A DNA stretch of 64,000 bases from Phyllosticta citribraziliensis (lineage: Eukaryota). Positions 48,036-59,000 of the stretch are shown here, piece by piece. The stretch covers positions 2,046,001 through 2,110,000 of the forward strand of contig NW_027117344.1 of the NCBI RefSeq assembly GCF_038025025.1, in the 5' to 3' direction. The notes under the pieces were generated by a model, which was not told the DNA's origin, did no database searches, and worked only from the letters and a program-made list of their open reading frames with translations. The position numbers were made by a program, and so were the translations under genes. Each line of letters starts with the position of its first letter. The first letter of the stretch is position 1.

Positions 48036-49712
48036 ATGTTTTTCCAAAAACTCCTCTTCGCATCTGCCGCATGCACCTCCTTCGCTTTGGCACAGTTTGG
48101 CGATGGACCATCGGTCGAAATCGAATCCGGAACCGTCACTGCCTTCGTCAAGAAAGGCGTGGAGTCTTTCAAGGCTATTCCGTTCGCAAAACCTCCAGTA
48201 GGGCAGCTGCGCTTGAAACCCCCTCAGCCTTACGCCGGAAACTTTGGAAAGCTCCAATCTGGTCCACTGCCTGCAGTAGGCTGCCCGCAGTTCCTGCTTC
48301 GCTTAGATCCCAACAATTTTGTTGGAGAGACTCTGGCCAATATCACGAACGGGCCCCTATTCCAGAGGCTCGAGGGAGCAAGTGAGGATTGTTTGACGCT
48401 GAATGTACAAAGACCTGTCGGTACCAAGCCCGGAGACAAACTTCCAGTCGTGTTTTACATCTTTGGAGGAGGCTTCCTGCTCGGGTCGAACCAACTTTAC
48501 TCCGGGGATGGCGTCATCGAAGAAGCCGTGAAGATTGGCAAACCAGTCGTTTACGTGGCGGCCAATTACCGTGTCGGTGGCTTCGGGTTTCTGGGCGGCA
48601 AAGAGATCAAGAAAGACGGCAGCAGCAACCTCGGACTCCGAGACCAACGCCTGGCCCTCGAGTGGGTCGCCGACAACATCGAAGCCTTCGGGGGAGACAA
48701 AGACCGTGTCACTATTTGGGGAGAGTCAGCAGGGGCGATTTCCGTTTACGACCAGACGATTATTAACGGGGGCGATATCACTTACAAAGGGTCACCCCTT
48801 TTCCGCGCCGCGATCATGAACTCTGGCTCCGTGGTCCCAGCCAACGACATCGACTCGGTCAAGCCGCAGCGCATCTACGACACCGTTGTCCGGAATTCAG
48901 GTTGCAGAGGCAAGAGAAACACTCTCGAGTGCTTAAGGAGGCTCCCTTACAAGGAGCTTCTGACAGCCTTCAACTCGGTCCCAGGCCTTTTCGATTACTC
49001 TTCTCTGGACCTCTCCTATCTCCCACGTCCGGATCCAGGTGACAACTTCTTTCCTCAATCACCGGAAGTTCCTGGTCTTGCTGGGAAAGTGGCCAGGGTG
49101 CCCATCATCATCGGAGACCAAGAGGACGAAGGCACCCTTTTCAGTATCGTGCAGTACAACGTTACGACCACGATGGACCTGGAGGACTACCTTGCGACGT
49201 ACTTTTTGAACGCTGACAGTAAGCTGATCAGCGACTTGGTCGACTTGTATCCCGACAACCCCATCGCCGGCTCCCCCTTTGACTCCGGCTTCTTTAACGA
49301 GATTCGCCCTGAGTTCAAGCGGCTGGCCGCAATTCTCGGCGACCTCACATTCACCATCACCCGACGCGCGTACCTCGACTTTGCGGCGCCGCAGCTGCCG
49401 GCGACGTGGTCGTATCTCAATACGTACTTCAAGGGCACGCCGATTCTCGGTACGTTCCATGGAAGCGACCTCCTGGTCAACTTTTTTGGCCTCAAGCCTG
49501 ACATTGCGGCTGCGACGCGCGCGTACTATGTCTCCTTTGCGACCGACTTGGATCCCAACACTGCCCCTAACAGATTTGAGTGGCCAAAGTGGACTCCTGA
49601 AGGAAAGCAGCTCTTGGAGTTTTCGACCTTTGGGCCTCGCTTGCTGGAGGACACTTTTAGGGACAGGGTGGGCCAGTTGGTTCTCGACAATACCGCGAGG
49701 TTCAGGGTTTAG
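48036..49712 (+). CDS. Secreted type-B carboxylesterase / Candida rugosa-type lipase
   Basis: Signal peptide, SEDCLTLNV, GGGF oxyanion hole, GESAG nucleophile, DEGTLF acid, FHGSD histidine. Confidence 0.95.
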   Translation: MFFQKLLFASAACTSFALAQFGDGPSVEIESGTVTAFVKKGVESFKAIPFAKPPVGQLRLKPPQPYAGNFGKLQSGPLPAVGCPQFLLRLDPNNFVGETLANITNGPLFQRLEGASEDCLTLNVQRPVGTKPGDKLPVVFYIFGGGFLLGSNQLYSGDGVIEEAVKIGKPVVYVAANYRVGGFGFLGGKEIKKDGSSNLGLRDQRLALEWVADNIEAFGGDKDRVTIWGESAGAISVYDQTIINGGDITYKGSPLFRAAIMNSGSVVPANDIDSVKPQRIYDTVVRNSGCRGKRNTLECLRRLPYKELLTAFNSVPGLFDYSSLDLSYLPRPDPGDNFFPQSPEVPGLAGKVARVPIIIGDQEDEGTLFSIVQYNVTTTMDLEDYLATYFLNADSKLISDLVDLYPDNPIAGSPFDSGFFNEIRPEFKRLAAILGDLTFTITRRAYLDFAAPQLPATWSYLNTYFKGTPILGTFHGSDLLVNFFGLKPDIAAATRAYYVSFATDLDPNTAPNRFEWPKWTPEGKQLLEFSTFGPRLLEDTFRDRVGQLVLDNTARFRV

Positions 49713-50162
49713 AAGGAGGGGCGAAAGCTTGGGGCGGCTTGATTTGTTTTTTGAGACCTTCACGCAGGTCGGATTGTATAGCGGGACGGCGCGTCTTTCC
49801 TTGATACCACTGTGAGTTGCTGTAGAGCGGGATGGGTTTGAAAACTGTTCATACTGGACCGACAAGTACTATTGCCAAAGAGTAGTAATCGTAGAGTTTT
49901 GATTTGTTGAAACAATCTTTGCCACGTCATGAGTTGTGCCACCACCTGAGCGCGGACTGGAAGCATTCAAGCTCCCAACCGAGACAGTGACGAGGAGAAC
50001 TCAGGCTCTCTAGAAGGATGGAAGAGTATGCCGGGCCAGAGAGCAGTCATGTGACCAATGTGTGCCACGTCTTCTATTGTCCAGTATCGCACTGTTGCTA
50101 TGCTTCTTGATCGATGGCCATCTTCTGCGGCAGCAGTTGAGGGAGCCGACGACTTTGTATGC

Positions 50163-51929
50163 TCAGGCAGCAGACAACTCTTTCCCTAATGCCAGACTTG
50201 TCACAACTCTCGACTTCATCTTTTCTTGATCAGCGCTTTTCTGGTCTTTCCTATTCCTCTTAGTCTGCGCCTGTCGCTCTAGTCTTAGGAATCTTTCTTC
50301 CCTCCACTGCGGACCCCATTTCATGACGCACCACAGCATGGGTGCCGTACATGCCATCAACAAGCCCAAGAAAGTATATGTCCAACCGAGGCCCCAGGCC
50401 GCAATGATGTAGTCAATCACGGCTGTCCCCACGGCTCCCATACTGCAACGGCAGAGGTTGAGCGCTGCCGTTGCCGTCGCAGGAGAGGCTGGATACAGGT
50501 CGACCAAAAGGCTGTTGAGCATGCTCATGGCGCCACTAAGCATGAAGCCGCCGACGAAAAGAACAACTAGCGGCGCTGCAAGAGTAGTCTTTTGCAAGAG
50601 CACCCATCCCCAGACAAGCACGGAGGCAGCCCCGATAAGAAGCGGTCCCATCACAACTTGCAGGCGTGCCATTTCGATGGGAAAGTTGCGCAAGTCAGCT
50701 GCGCGCTTGCGGTCGATTGCAAAACCTCGGGCGCGCGCCACGCGGCGAAAGTTGTAGTCGAGGAAGCGCCCGCATAGGATACTGCCTATCATTGAGCCAG
50801 CGCTGAAGGGAATGTAGCAAAGGCCTATTTGAAGTTCGTTGAAGGAGTACTTTTGCGCAAAGAGGTCGGGCATTGGAACGATGAGGCAGAAGAATCCAGT
50901 CATCATCAAAGACAATGAGAAGAGGACCAGGCTGACGTCCTTCTCGACAATGACGCGGAGCGCTTTTAGTGGGTTTGGGAGACGCAATTTGTGAGACTTC
51001 GCAAGATGAACGCTCCTCGTGAGCGCTACCTCTCGCGATGAGGTTCTGGACAGATTGTTTGGTCTCTGTTTTCGATCTTCGAGAACGTTCAACAAAGACC
51101 TATTCCAACGCTGAGACGGCAAGGAGCCATCTCCCACAATGTTCCTGCTTGTCTCTGGGATCAGAATGGTGTATAGCACAAGGTAAATGCCACCACCGAT
51201 GAGGAGAAACCAAAAGATGGAAGGCCAACCCAGGAATTGGGCAAGGATACCACCAAGCGTTGGCCCCAGTGCAGGTCCTAATTGGGTGCCTAGTTGAACC
51301 CATGCAATGTAGGACCCGCGCTCAGCACTGGTCGTGATATCAGCCACGACGCCGTTACCTAAAGCGATTGTTCCACTGCTACCGCTACTCTGAAGCGCCC
51401 GTAGTACGAGCAAGGCCGCGTAGTCGCGTTGCAAAGCCAGTCCGAGGTTGGCAAAAAAGTAGACGATGAAGCAGGCAATATATGTCGGTCGGCGACCCAT
51501 TTGATCTGCCAGGTCGCCAAAGAACATGGGTGCAATACCCTGCAGGATCATGTAGCTCGTTACAGTCAGATTTATATCCGAGACTGAGACATGAAATTGA
51601 GTTGCCAGATTGCTTAGAGTGGGCAGGTAAATTTGACTGCTAAGAGGAGAGAAGACACTTCCGAAAGCAGCAAACACAATGATGAGGGCCTTGGTCCTGG
51701 GCCCAAAAGCTGAGTGGATTGGAGGAGGCGCCTCGGGTGGGATATCCTCGACGTCTTGTATCGCCTCATGACTTGGCATCTTGAATGCTTCCTCCTGGGG
51801 TACAGCCGCATCGCTTGTGGCAGCTGGTAGTGTGGCAGAGTCCAAACTAATATTGTCTAGATCGCGTGTTTCCTTCATTGGCTCTCCAGTTTTAAATACG
51901 CTGTGGTGGTCCGGTGTCGGCGAGGCCAT
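50163..51929 (-). CDS. MFS drug:H+ antiporter (DHA1, Qdr-like)
   Basis: SPLSSQIYLP, GDLADQMGRRP, RALQSSGSS, DITTSAERG, GPTLGG, PET; about 12 hydrophobic segments; ATG 51929. Confidence 0.92.
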   Translation of the reverse strand: MASPTPDHHSVFKTGEPMKETRDLDNISLDSATLPAATSDAAVPQEEAFKMPSHEAIQDVEDIPPEAPPPIHSAFGPRTKALIIVFAAFGSVFSPLSSQIYLPTLSNLATQFHVSVSDINLTVTSYMILQGIAPMFFGDLADQMGRRPTYIACFIVYFFANLGLALQRDYAALLVLRALQSSGSSGTIALGNGVVADITTSAERGSYIAWVQLGTQLGPALGPTLGGILAQFLGWPSIFWFLLIGGGIYLVLYTILIPETSRNIVGDGSLPSQRWNRSLLNVLEDRKQRPNNLSRTSSREVALTRSVHLAKSHKLRLPNPLKALRVIVEKDVSLVLFSLSLMMTGFFCLIVPMPDLFAQKYSFNELQIGLCYIPFSAGSMIGSILCGRFLDYNFRRVARARGFAIDRKRAADLRNFPIEMARLQVVMGPLLIGAASVLVWGWVLLQKTTLAAPLVVLFVGGFMLSGAMSMLNSLLVDLYPASPATATAALNLCRCSMGAVGTAVIDYIIAAWGLGWTYTFLGLLMACTAPMLWCVMKWGPQWREERFLRLERQAQTKRNRKDQKSADQEKMKSRVVTSLALGKELSAA

Positions 51930-52508
51930 GTTTGCCAAACGTTTGGGTCTCTTCGGTTCCGGATGGGCTGTTTGGTCGTGAGCTGGTAGCGAAGGCCATT
52001 CTTTTCAAAGTCCCACAGATAAACACCTAGAGATGGGATGGCGAGAGGGCGGAAGCGGGGATTCGGTGCAGTCTACTCCCTTGGTGGCACGGGGAGAGCG
52101 GAGCTTCCGATCCACCGTCCAGTCAGCCAATGGGAGGAACCGTAGCGCGGAAATGCACGCCACGACATCGGATTTTCGATCATATCTCCGCAAAGGACGG
52201 ATAAAAGTGCCGAGCAGTCACTCTGGGGCTGACATGGCGCAGGTCTTGAGGTCCACTATTTGTTCGCTTCCGTAGCTGTAAATTACCAGGCGGCGGACAC
52301 TGACATGAGACCGTTCCCGATGGAGCAACCTCCTCGTGCGCGGGCGCTGTCTGACAGCGACGGCACAGCCTCCAGAATGGAAATGGAGCTGACTCTCGAT
52401 ACCTTGGTAAAGTCCATGCCGTTGTCAGCATAAAGCTGCGCAGGAGGACGGTTCAGCAAAGAGGGTCTTCTTGGGAGCATTCGAGCCCAGATCGAGCTGA
52501 GAGCGAAT

Positions 52509-53129
52509 ATGACCGCCTGGAAATACATCGAATACGGTCTTTCGTGCCTTCTTTTTCGCTTCAGAGGTCATGATCTCCAACTCTTTACCAAATCGCCCGC
52601 CTTCAAAGACCTTCCAGGCCCAACCTTTGATGTCGACTGCCCGGAATGTGGTCCATCCGGCTCGATAATGAGGATAAGCCATACGCAGCTCGGCCAGAGT
52701 GCACATCCACATCTCACTTGGACCAATTCTCCATTTCTCGACGTAAAGGAATATTTGCTCGTCGTCGAAGACGCAGATGCGCCGCTTCCCAAGCCCATCT
52801 GCCACGCACTCTTCTACTCCATCGCAGCGTACAGAACTGAGATCAAGGCTGAAGACATCGAACCTGTGGATTTCGAGGCCAAGGAGAAGAAACTGAAAGG
52901 TGGATTTAGATGGGTGCCAAATTTGAGAGGCAAACACTATGGTGGTCCGAAACCGCTCCTGGGGCATGGTCCTCACCGGTACTTTTACCAGCTGGTAGCA
53001 TTGAGAGAGGCGCTGGCAGTCGACAGGCTTGGGCCAGATCCTACAAGAGAGACGGTCGCTGAAGCTATCAATGGCAAGGTGGCCGGTTGGGGAGTTTGGG
53101 TGGGCGTCTTTGAAAGGAAATGGGAGTAG
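52509..53129 (+). CDS. PEBP (YbhB/YbcL-like) protein
   Basis: VEDADAP, YGGPKPLLGHGPHRYFYQLVAL. Confidence 0.9.
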   Translation: MTAWKYIEYGLSCLLFRFRGHDLQLFTKSPAFKDLPGPTFDVDCPECGPSGSIMRISHTQLGQSAHPHLTWTNSPFLDVKEYLLVVEDADAPLPKPICHALFYSIAAYRTEIKAEDIEPVDFEAKEKKLKGGFRWVPNLRGKHYGGPKPLLGHGPHRYFYQLVALREALAVDRLGPDPTRETVAEAINGKVAGWGVWVGVFERKWE

Positions 53130-53160
53130 CGTGGATGGTCCACAGAGGGCGTGACGCTCT

Positions 53161-53781
53161 TCAGGTCGGAGTATCCATATCAATGTCCTCAATAATCGGG
53201 TTCACCGCGGTTGAGTCGCTTCGTTCATTCACTGCCTCTTCTTTCTTGCAAGCGACACGGGCTTTGGGCATGTTGGTTTGTGGACGGTCCTTCTTCTTCG
53301 GCTGGCGTTTGGCTCCCACAGGAAAGCGTTTTTGAGTTTCGCATACTTCGCATTTGATCACAAGGACATCGGCCCACGGTTTCCTGCCCCCACGGCTGAG
53401 GTTTTCAATCCTGCTTGTCGAAGTTTTACCAGGAATCAAGACGGTGCTACAGCGTTTGCAAATGGAGCGCTTGACGTCTTGAGACAGCCGGATTTGGGTC
53501 TTTCTGGAGACAGATTGAAGATGAGAGATCAAGTGGTGTGAGAGTCCAGGTGGAAAAGCAGCCGAGTCGCTGGACCAGATTATATCTTGATTCTCCTCGT
53601 CCGCAGTTGTGATGACTTGGTTGTCTGTGGACGAGTCAAGTTCTGAGGCTCTTCCGCTTCCGGCGGTTGATGAATCTTGAGATGAGAGATGGCAGGCCGC
53701 CTGGTAGAGGTAGGAGATGCGAGAGTGCAGATGCTTGTTGGGCACAGGCTTGGAGCCCTTGGAACCATCCTTCTTGGCCAT
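53161..53781 (-). CDS. RPR2: RNase P subunit Rpr2/Rpp21
   Basis: HSRISYLYQAA, VKRSICKRCSTVLIPG, CEVCETQKRFP zinc ribbon. Confidence 0.88.
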   Translation of the reverse strand: MAKKDGSKGSKPVPNKHLHSRISYLYQAACHLSSQDSSTAGSGRASELDSSTDNQVITTADEENQDIIWSSDSAAFPPGLSHHLISHLQSVSRKTQIRLSQDVKRSICKRCSTVLIPGKTSTSRIENLSRGGRKPWADVLVIKCEVCETQKRFPVGAKRQPKKKDRPQTNMPKARVACKKEEAVNERSDSTAVNPIIEDIDMDTPT

Positions 53782-54180
53782 CGTGAGGTGGACGTTGTTT
53801 GCGATTTTGATGTTGAATTGACTGGCAAATGGGTCGTCTCAAAGATTCGAGATAGTCACGTGAGACGCACGGACTGCAACGCGCTTTCAGCTTCCGCCCG
53901 GACTTCGACAAACAGCAACTTCGCCCGGCCAACTCTCACCTACCATCATCCCACGTCCTCAGCACCAACCTCTCTTCCATCAACCACGTGTTGGTCCCTG
54001 TCAATCGCATCTTGGCTGCGGCTCGTCGCAACCTCACTCTACCCTTGAACGACACTCTTGCCCGCAACTCCCTTCGCGAAAACGCTCAACACGCCTCTGC
54101 CCAACTAGCACGCCTTGCGTCGCGTCCCAGACGACCCGAAAAAACTCTCGACCACGAACACCACATCTCAACCCGTCAAC
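53782..54180. promoter_or_regulatory. Compact divergent promoter shared by RPR2 and SUB2, with two CACGTG E-boxes
   Basis: Head-to-head ATGs at 53781 and 54181; CACGTG at 53857 and 53985. Confidence 0.45.
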
Positions 54181-56099
54181 ATGTCTCACGAGGAGGACCT
54201 CATCGACTACTCCGACGAGGAGCTTAACCAAACTGAAGCCGTTGCAACCGGCGCGACCGGCGCTGCCGCCAACGGTGAACAGAAGAAGGGCGACCTCTCC
54301 GTTACTGGTGCCGACAAGAAGGGCAGCTATGTCGGCATTCACTCCACTGGTTTCCGGGATTTCCTTCTGAAGCAGGAGCTCTTGCGCGCCATTACGGACT
54401 GCGGTTTCGAACATCCATCGGAGGGTCAGTTTTAACCTTTTCCCCTCAAGCTCCTCCGTCCCTCAAGAAGCGTCCGTCCATCTCCGCAAGCAAAGCCATC
54501 GATCGGGAAGCTGCGCCTCACAAGATACTCCTTCCGCGGAGGTGCGCGCTGCAAGAATTGTCGTCTTTCTGGATAGCGTTGGTGACGGATCCATGGCTGC
54601 CTCGACAATAAATCTCTGGAGGCTTCGTGGCAGTGTGCGGCTGGCCATTTGAATGAGCCCGAGATCGTAGAATCTCTTCAAGATCTGTTGGAGTGTGTCG
54701 AGGCTTGGGTCTTCACTGGGTTGGATTCCGAGGTCTTGCAACACCACCTGCGAGACTGCTCCAAGACGCCGAATTGCGAGATGGACGGACGCGACGCTCG
54801 ATTGCTTTCCACGTTACCGCTTTCCATTGGGCGAACTTTTCTAACTGCCTCGATTCTCCGCTACAGTCCAGCAAGTGGCCATTCCCCAAGCTATCATCGG
54901 CACCGACATTCTCTGCCAGGCAAAGTCTGGTCTCGGTAAGACGGCCGTGTTCGTCCTTGCCACCCTTCAGCAGCTCGAGCCCGTCGCAGGCGAGACGGCC
55001 GTCTTGGTTCTTTGCCATACTCGTGAGCTTGCCTACCAAATCAAGAACGAGTATGCGCGGTTCAGCAAGTACTTGCCCGACGTCAAGACCGCCGTCTTTT
55101 ACGGTGGTACACCGATGCAGAAGGACATTGAGCTTCTTTCCAACAAGGAAACTCACCCCAACATCATCGTCGGCACTCCGGGTCGTCTCAACGCCCTGGT
55201 CCGCGACAAGAAGCTTCGTCTAGGAAACATCAAGATGTTTGTCCTCGACGAATGTGACAAGATGCTTGACCAGATCGGTAAGACTCTAGCTGATGCAGCC
55301 TGGGCTCCATTCTAACCTCTGTTGTAGATATGCGCCGCGACGTCCAAGAAATCTTCCGTGCCACTCCTACCACCAAGCAAGTCATGATGTTCAGCGCCAC
55401 GCTCGCAAAGGAGACGCGCCCCATCTGCAGGAAGTTTATGAGGAACGCGCTCGAAATCTTCGTTGACGACGAGTCGAAGCTCACGCTGCACGGTCTCCAG
55501 CAATACTACATCAAGCTGAGCGAGGCGGAGAAGAACCGCAAGCTGAATGACTTGCTCGACACTTTGGAGTTCAACCAGGTCATCATCTTCGTCAAGAGCA
55601 CTCTTCGTGCCACTGAGCTTGACAGGCTCCTGCGGGAGTGCAACTTCCCTTCGATTGCTGTACACTCGGGTGTCAGTCAGGAAGAGCGGTATGTAATGAC
55701 CCTTTTTAACAAAACGGCGTGGCTGACTCCTCGGTAGTATCAAGCGTTACAAGGAATTCAAGGAGTTCAACAAGCGCATCTGCGTTGCCACCGACGTGTT
55801 TGGTCGTGGTATCGATATTGAGCGCATCAACCTTGCCATCAACTACGATCTGCCTGCGGACGCCGACTCTTACCTCCACCGTGTCGGTCGTGCTGGCCGT
55901 TTCGGTACCAAGGGTCTGTCTATCTCCTTCGTCAGCAGTGAGCAGGACGAGCAGGTCCTGAAGGAGGTTGAGAAGCGTTTCGAGGTGCCGCTTCCGTGAG
56001 TTCCTCCCTGCCATTTCCTATGGTAAACAGTATACTAATAATGTACGAAGTGAATTCCCCGAGGATGGCATCGACTCCAGCAGCTACATGGCCAACTAA
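54181..56099 (+). CDS. SUB2: DECD-box RNA helicase Sub2/UAP56
   Basis: [52 protein letters not shown]; four introns, the first at 54425-54866. Confidence 0.97.
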
Positions 56100-59000
56100 G
56101 CTAGCCGCTTGGTTACGTGGAGGAAATCTGAGAGGAGCCACGACGGCGCAGAGACGACAAGGAATTGAAGAAAATGCAACATCGGCAAATCACGGACGGA
56201 AAAATATGTTACGATTGCAATCGGGCAGGGCCAATGCACGGAGTCCACTCAGTCAAAGTCAGTCACAAATTCGATCCACCAGTCTTCGAACGGCTGGGTC
56301 TAGTCTATCCTCTGCATACCTATCTCGTGCCGAGAAGCATCACAAAAGCCTTCCTCTCGCTGAGTGTCGGGTGGGTTAAAAAAAGCAAGCATGTCTTCCC
56401 CACTCATTGGTGGTCGTTATCTTTGTCGCCTTTTACTTGGTTGTTCCTCCTTGTTTATCAATGACTAAAGGGAGAGCTATGAAAAAATCCTTTTTGGCGT
56501 TTCGTTCACGTACGACCTATCCGTCAACATGGCTTGTGCCAAGCGCTTCGTCATTCAGGCCCTCGAACGGAAGCGTAAAATGTAGATGATAGCTTGTTGT
56601 CCTCTTCTGCTTCATTGGTTGCAACTTAGCACTCGAATTCCAAACGACCGACATGATCAGCTACCGACCCAATGCGTCGACGCCGTTGAACTCGCAGCAC
56701 CTAAACACCTTGACCGGTTGCTGCGTAGCCTCTTTTGCCAACTTCATCTCTGCGCTAAACAAGCGATTTTGCATCAACGACCGCACCAAGGCATGTTCGC
56801 TCGCACTTCGACCCTTGCACGATCGCCGTGTCAATGGGGCCCACAAAGCTGTAAGGTAGTCATGGCGTGGCTTTCAAACGTTGGTGCGCTTCGTAAGCAT
56901 CTGTTCGATCTTGACATCGGCTCAGCCTTTACCCATTCACTCTACTCGGGGCACATCCATCTCAGTGTTCTGGGGAAGCTCTCAGCATTCGCGCAAATGT
57001 TGCTGCCTGCTTGGTTGCCCGCTTTTGTACCGTTTTGTCTGCGTGCCTTGCTCGTCCGTTTCTTGGTCCACTAACCAACCAGCGAACCAACCAACTGACC
57101 GACCGAGGGACCAATCAACCAACCAGCCAGCTCCAAGTCCGGCCCAAACAAAGCAAACCAGAACAAGACGAGCAGGGAGCGCGTAGTCGGGGCATTATGC
57201 AGGGCAACGACGCATCGTCGTCATCCATCGAGCGTCGAGACCAGCCGGCCACATAGCCAGCCAACCTACCGGCGCAGCGCGGAGTTGGCGTCAAGGCACC
57301 ATCTCATTGCACAAGAGGCAGAGCGTGGGGGTGGGGATGGATGGATGTGTGGGGAAGCAGACGGGCACACGGCGGGGGCTTGGCTTTGGGGATTTGGTTT
57401 TGCGGGTTGATGAGGGATGCGGTTAGTGCACACACAGCCCTGGAGCTCTAGAAAGAAGGGTTGGAAAGAAGAATGACCCTTTGACTTCAGACGATGGCTT
57501 CAGACGATGGTTTTCTGCATTGAGCGCCCTTCGACCTTCGTTTGATCATTTCAGGTTCAGAGACAAGCAGCTCGGAAGGGACAACCGCTCCGAACGACAG
57601 CGTCGCCAATTCTGTTTAGTGCCCGGACATTCACTCATTTCGCGCGAACTCGAATATCATTGCTTGCAGTGAGTGAGAGGCATCTCAAGAGCGTCTCGAA
57701 ACAACGGCCAAGAGCGAAGACGGCTTAGCAGCAGCTGTAAGTCCAATGCCCAGCAGCCGACGTGACTGTATTTGCGCAGTCCGTATGTGGTTAGTGCCGT
57801 ACGGGTTGGGAGAGGAGAGCTGACCTGGAGGGTTGAGCGAGACCTTGCTGTTTTGGGATTGGGTAGGTGGGTTAGTGAAAGATGGCTCTCGAGCAGAGTG
57901 TACATCAGGTAGGCAACAGGAGTATGCAGACAATGAAGTTAGGCTGAGGGCAGGAAAAGTCTTACTGAGTGAAACCCTTCTCTTGAGTGACCTCGATCTA
58001 GTCTGCGCAGTGAACTGGCACCCATCGCGTGCACTTTCAACACCACGTCCAGCCCAGCTCCACACGACCCGGAACACCGCCAACTCGCAACCCAATCGAG
58101 TCACCTACCTGCTTCCAGCACTTAATTACCTCAAACGCCAACTCCACTCCGCGACGATCCCCACACTCAGCTCAGCTCCCAAACGCCTACCAAGGACGCC
58201 ACAGCCGCGCCGCGCTACGCTACAAGCAGACGGCACGTCCCCGGGAAGCAGACGAACGAATCAGTCCCAGCCCTCGCTTCAACCTGCCTGGCCGCCGCTC
58301 GCTCCTCGTCGTCGTCTCAATCTCCGCGCCTGGGGCTCGAACGGCGCAATGCGGAAGTCGGATGTAGGCTGAGCCCGTCCTTCTTGTCTGCGACGCTGAT
58401 GCAGTCTGAATTTTTCTTATACGAGAGAGCGGGCATGCGAGAGTTGCGATGAGGTTATGCGCGGCAGAGTGGCGCTCTTGGTTGGGGCGGGACGCGGGCC
58501 GGCTATATCCGGGAGATCCGTGGAGATTGAAGGGAAGGGATGGACAGGTTGGCGTGGAGGGGAAAAATACGGAAGTCTTGATGTATGAGACGGTGAAGAG
58601 ACGGTGAAGGAGATGGACGCAAGAGTTGGGGCTTAGCAATAAAAATGTAAGAGAGAAGGCGATGGGTGAATAGAAATGTAAGCATGTAGTTAGCCAGGCG
58701 CGAAAACGGTGAGCGAATCAATGGCCGCAGCAGAGTCAGAAAAAGCACTGTGCGCTAAAGAGGAGAGTTTGGGTCAAGACGAAAAGCAGGGCGGCGTGTG
58801 GGTCAGAGGAGAGGAGCAGCGAGCTGAGAGGTGGTGGTGCTGCAGCTGGGTGAGCGACTGCGGCAAAAGGGCAGCAAAACACGACCGACGACGCGTGGAG
58901 CGCTCCACTTGAGCCCTGGATGCCTCTCGTTGGTCTGCACATCTTTTCTCCCCTCTTGCTTGCTCTCCGCTGGCACAGACACAGCAGCGCATGTGCGTAC

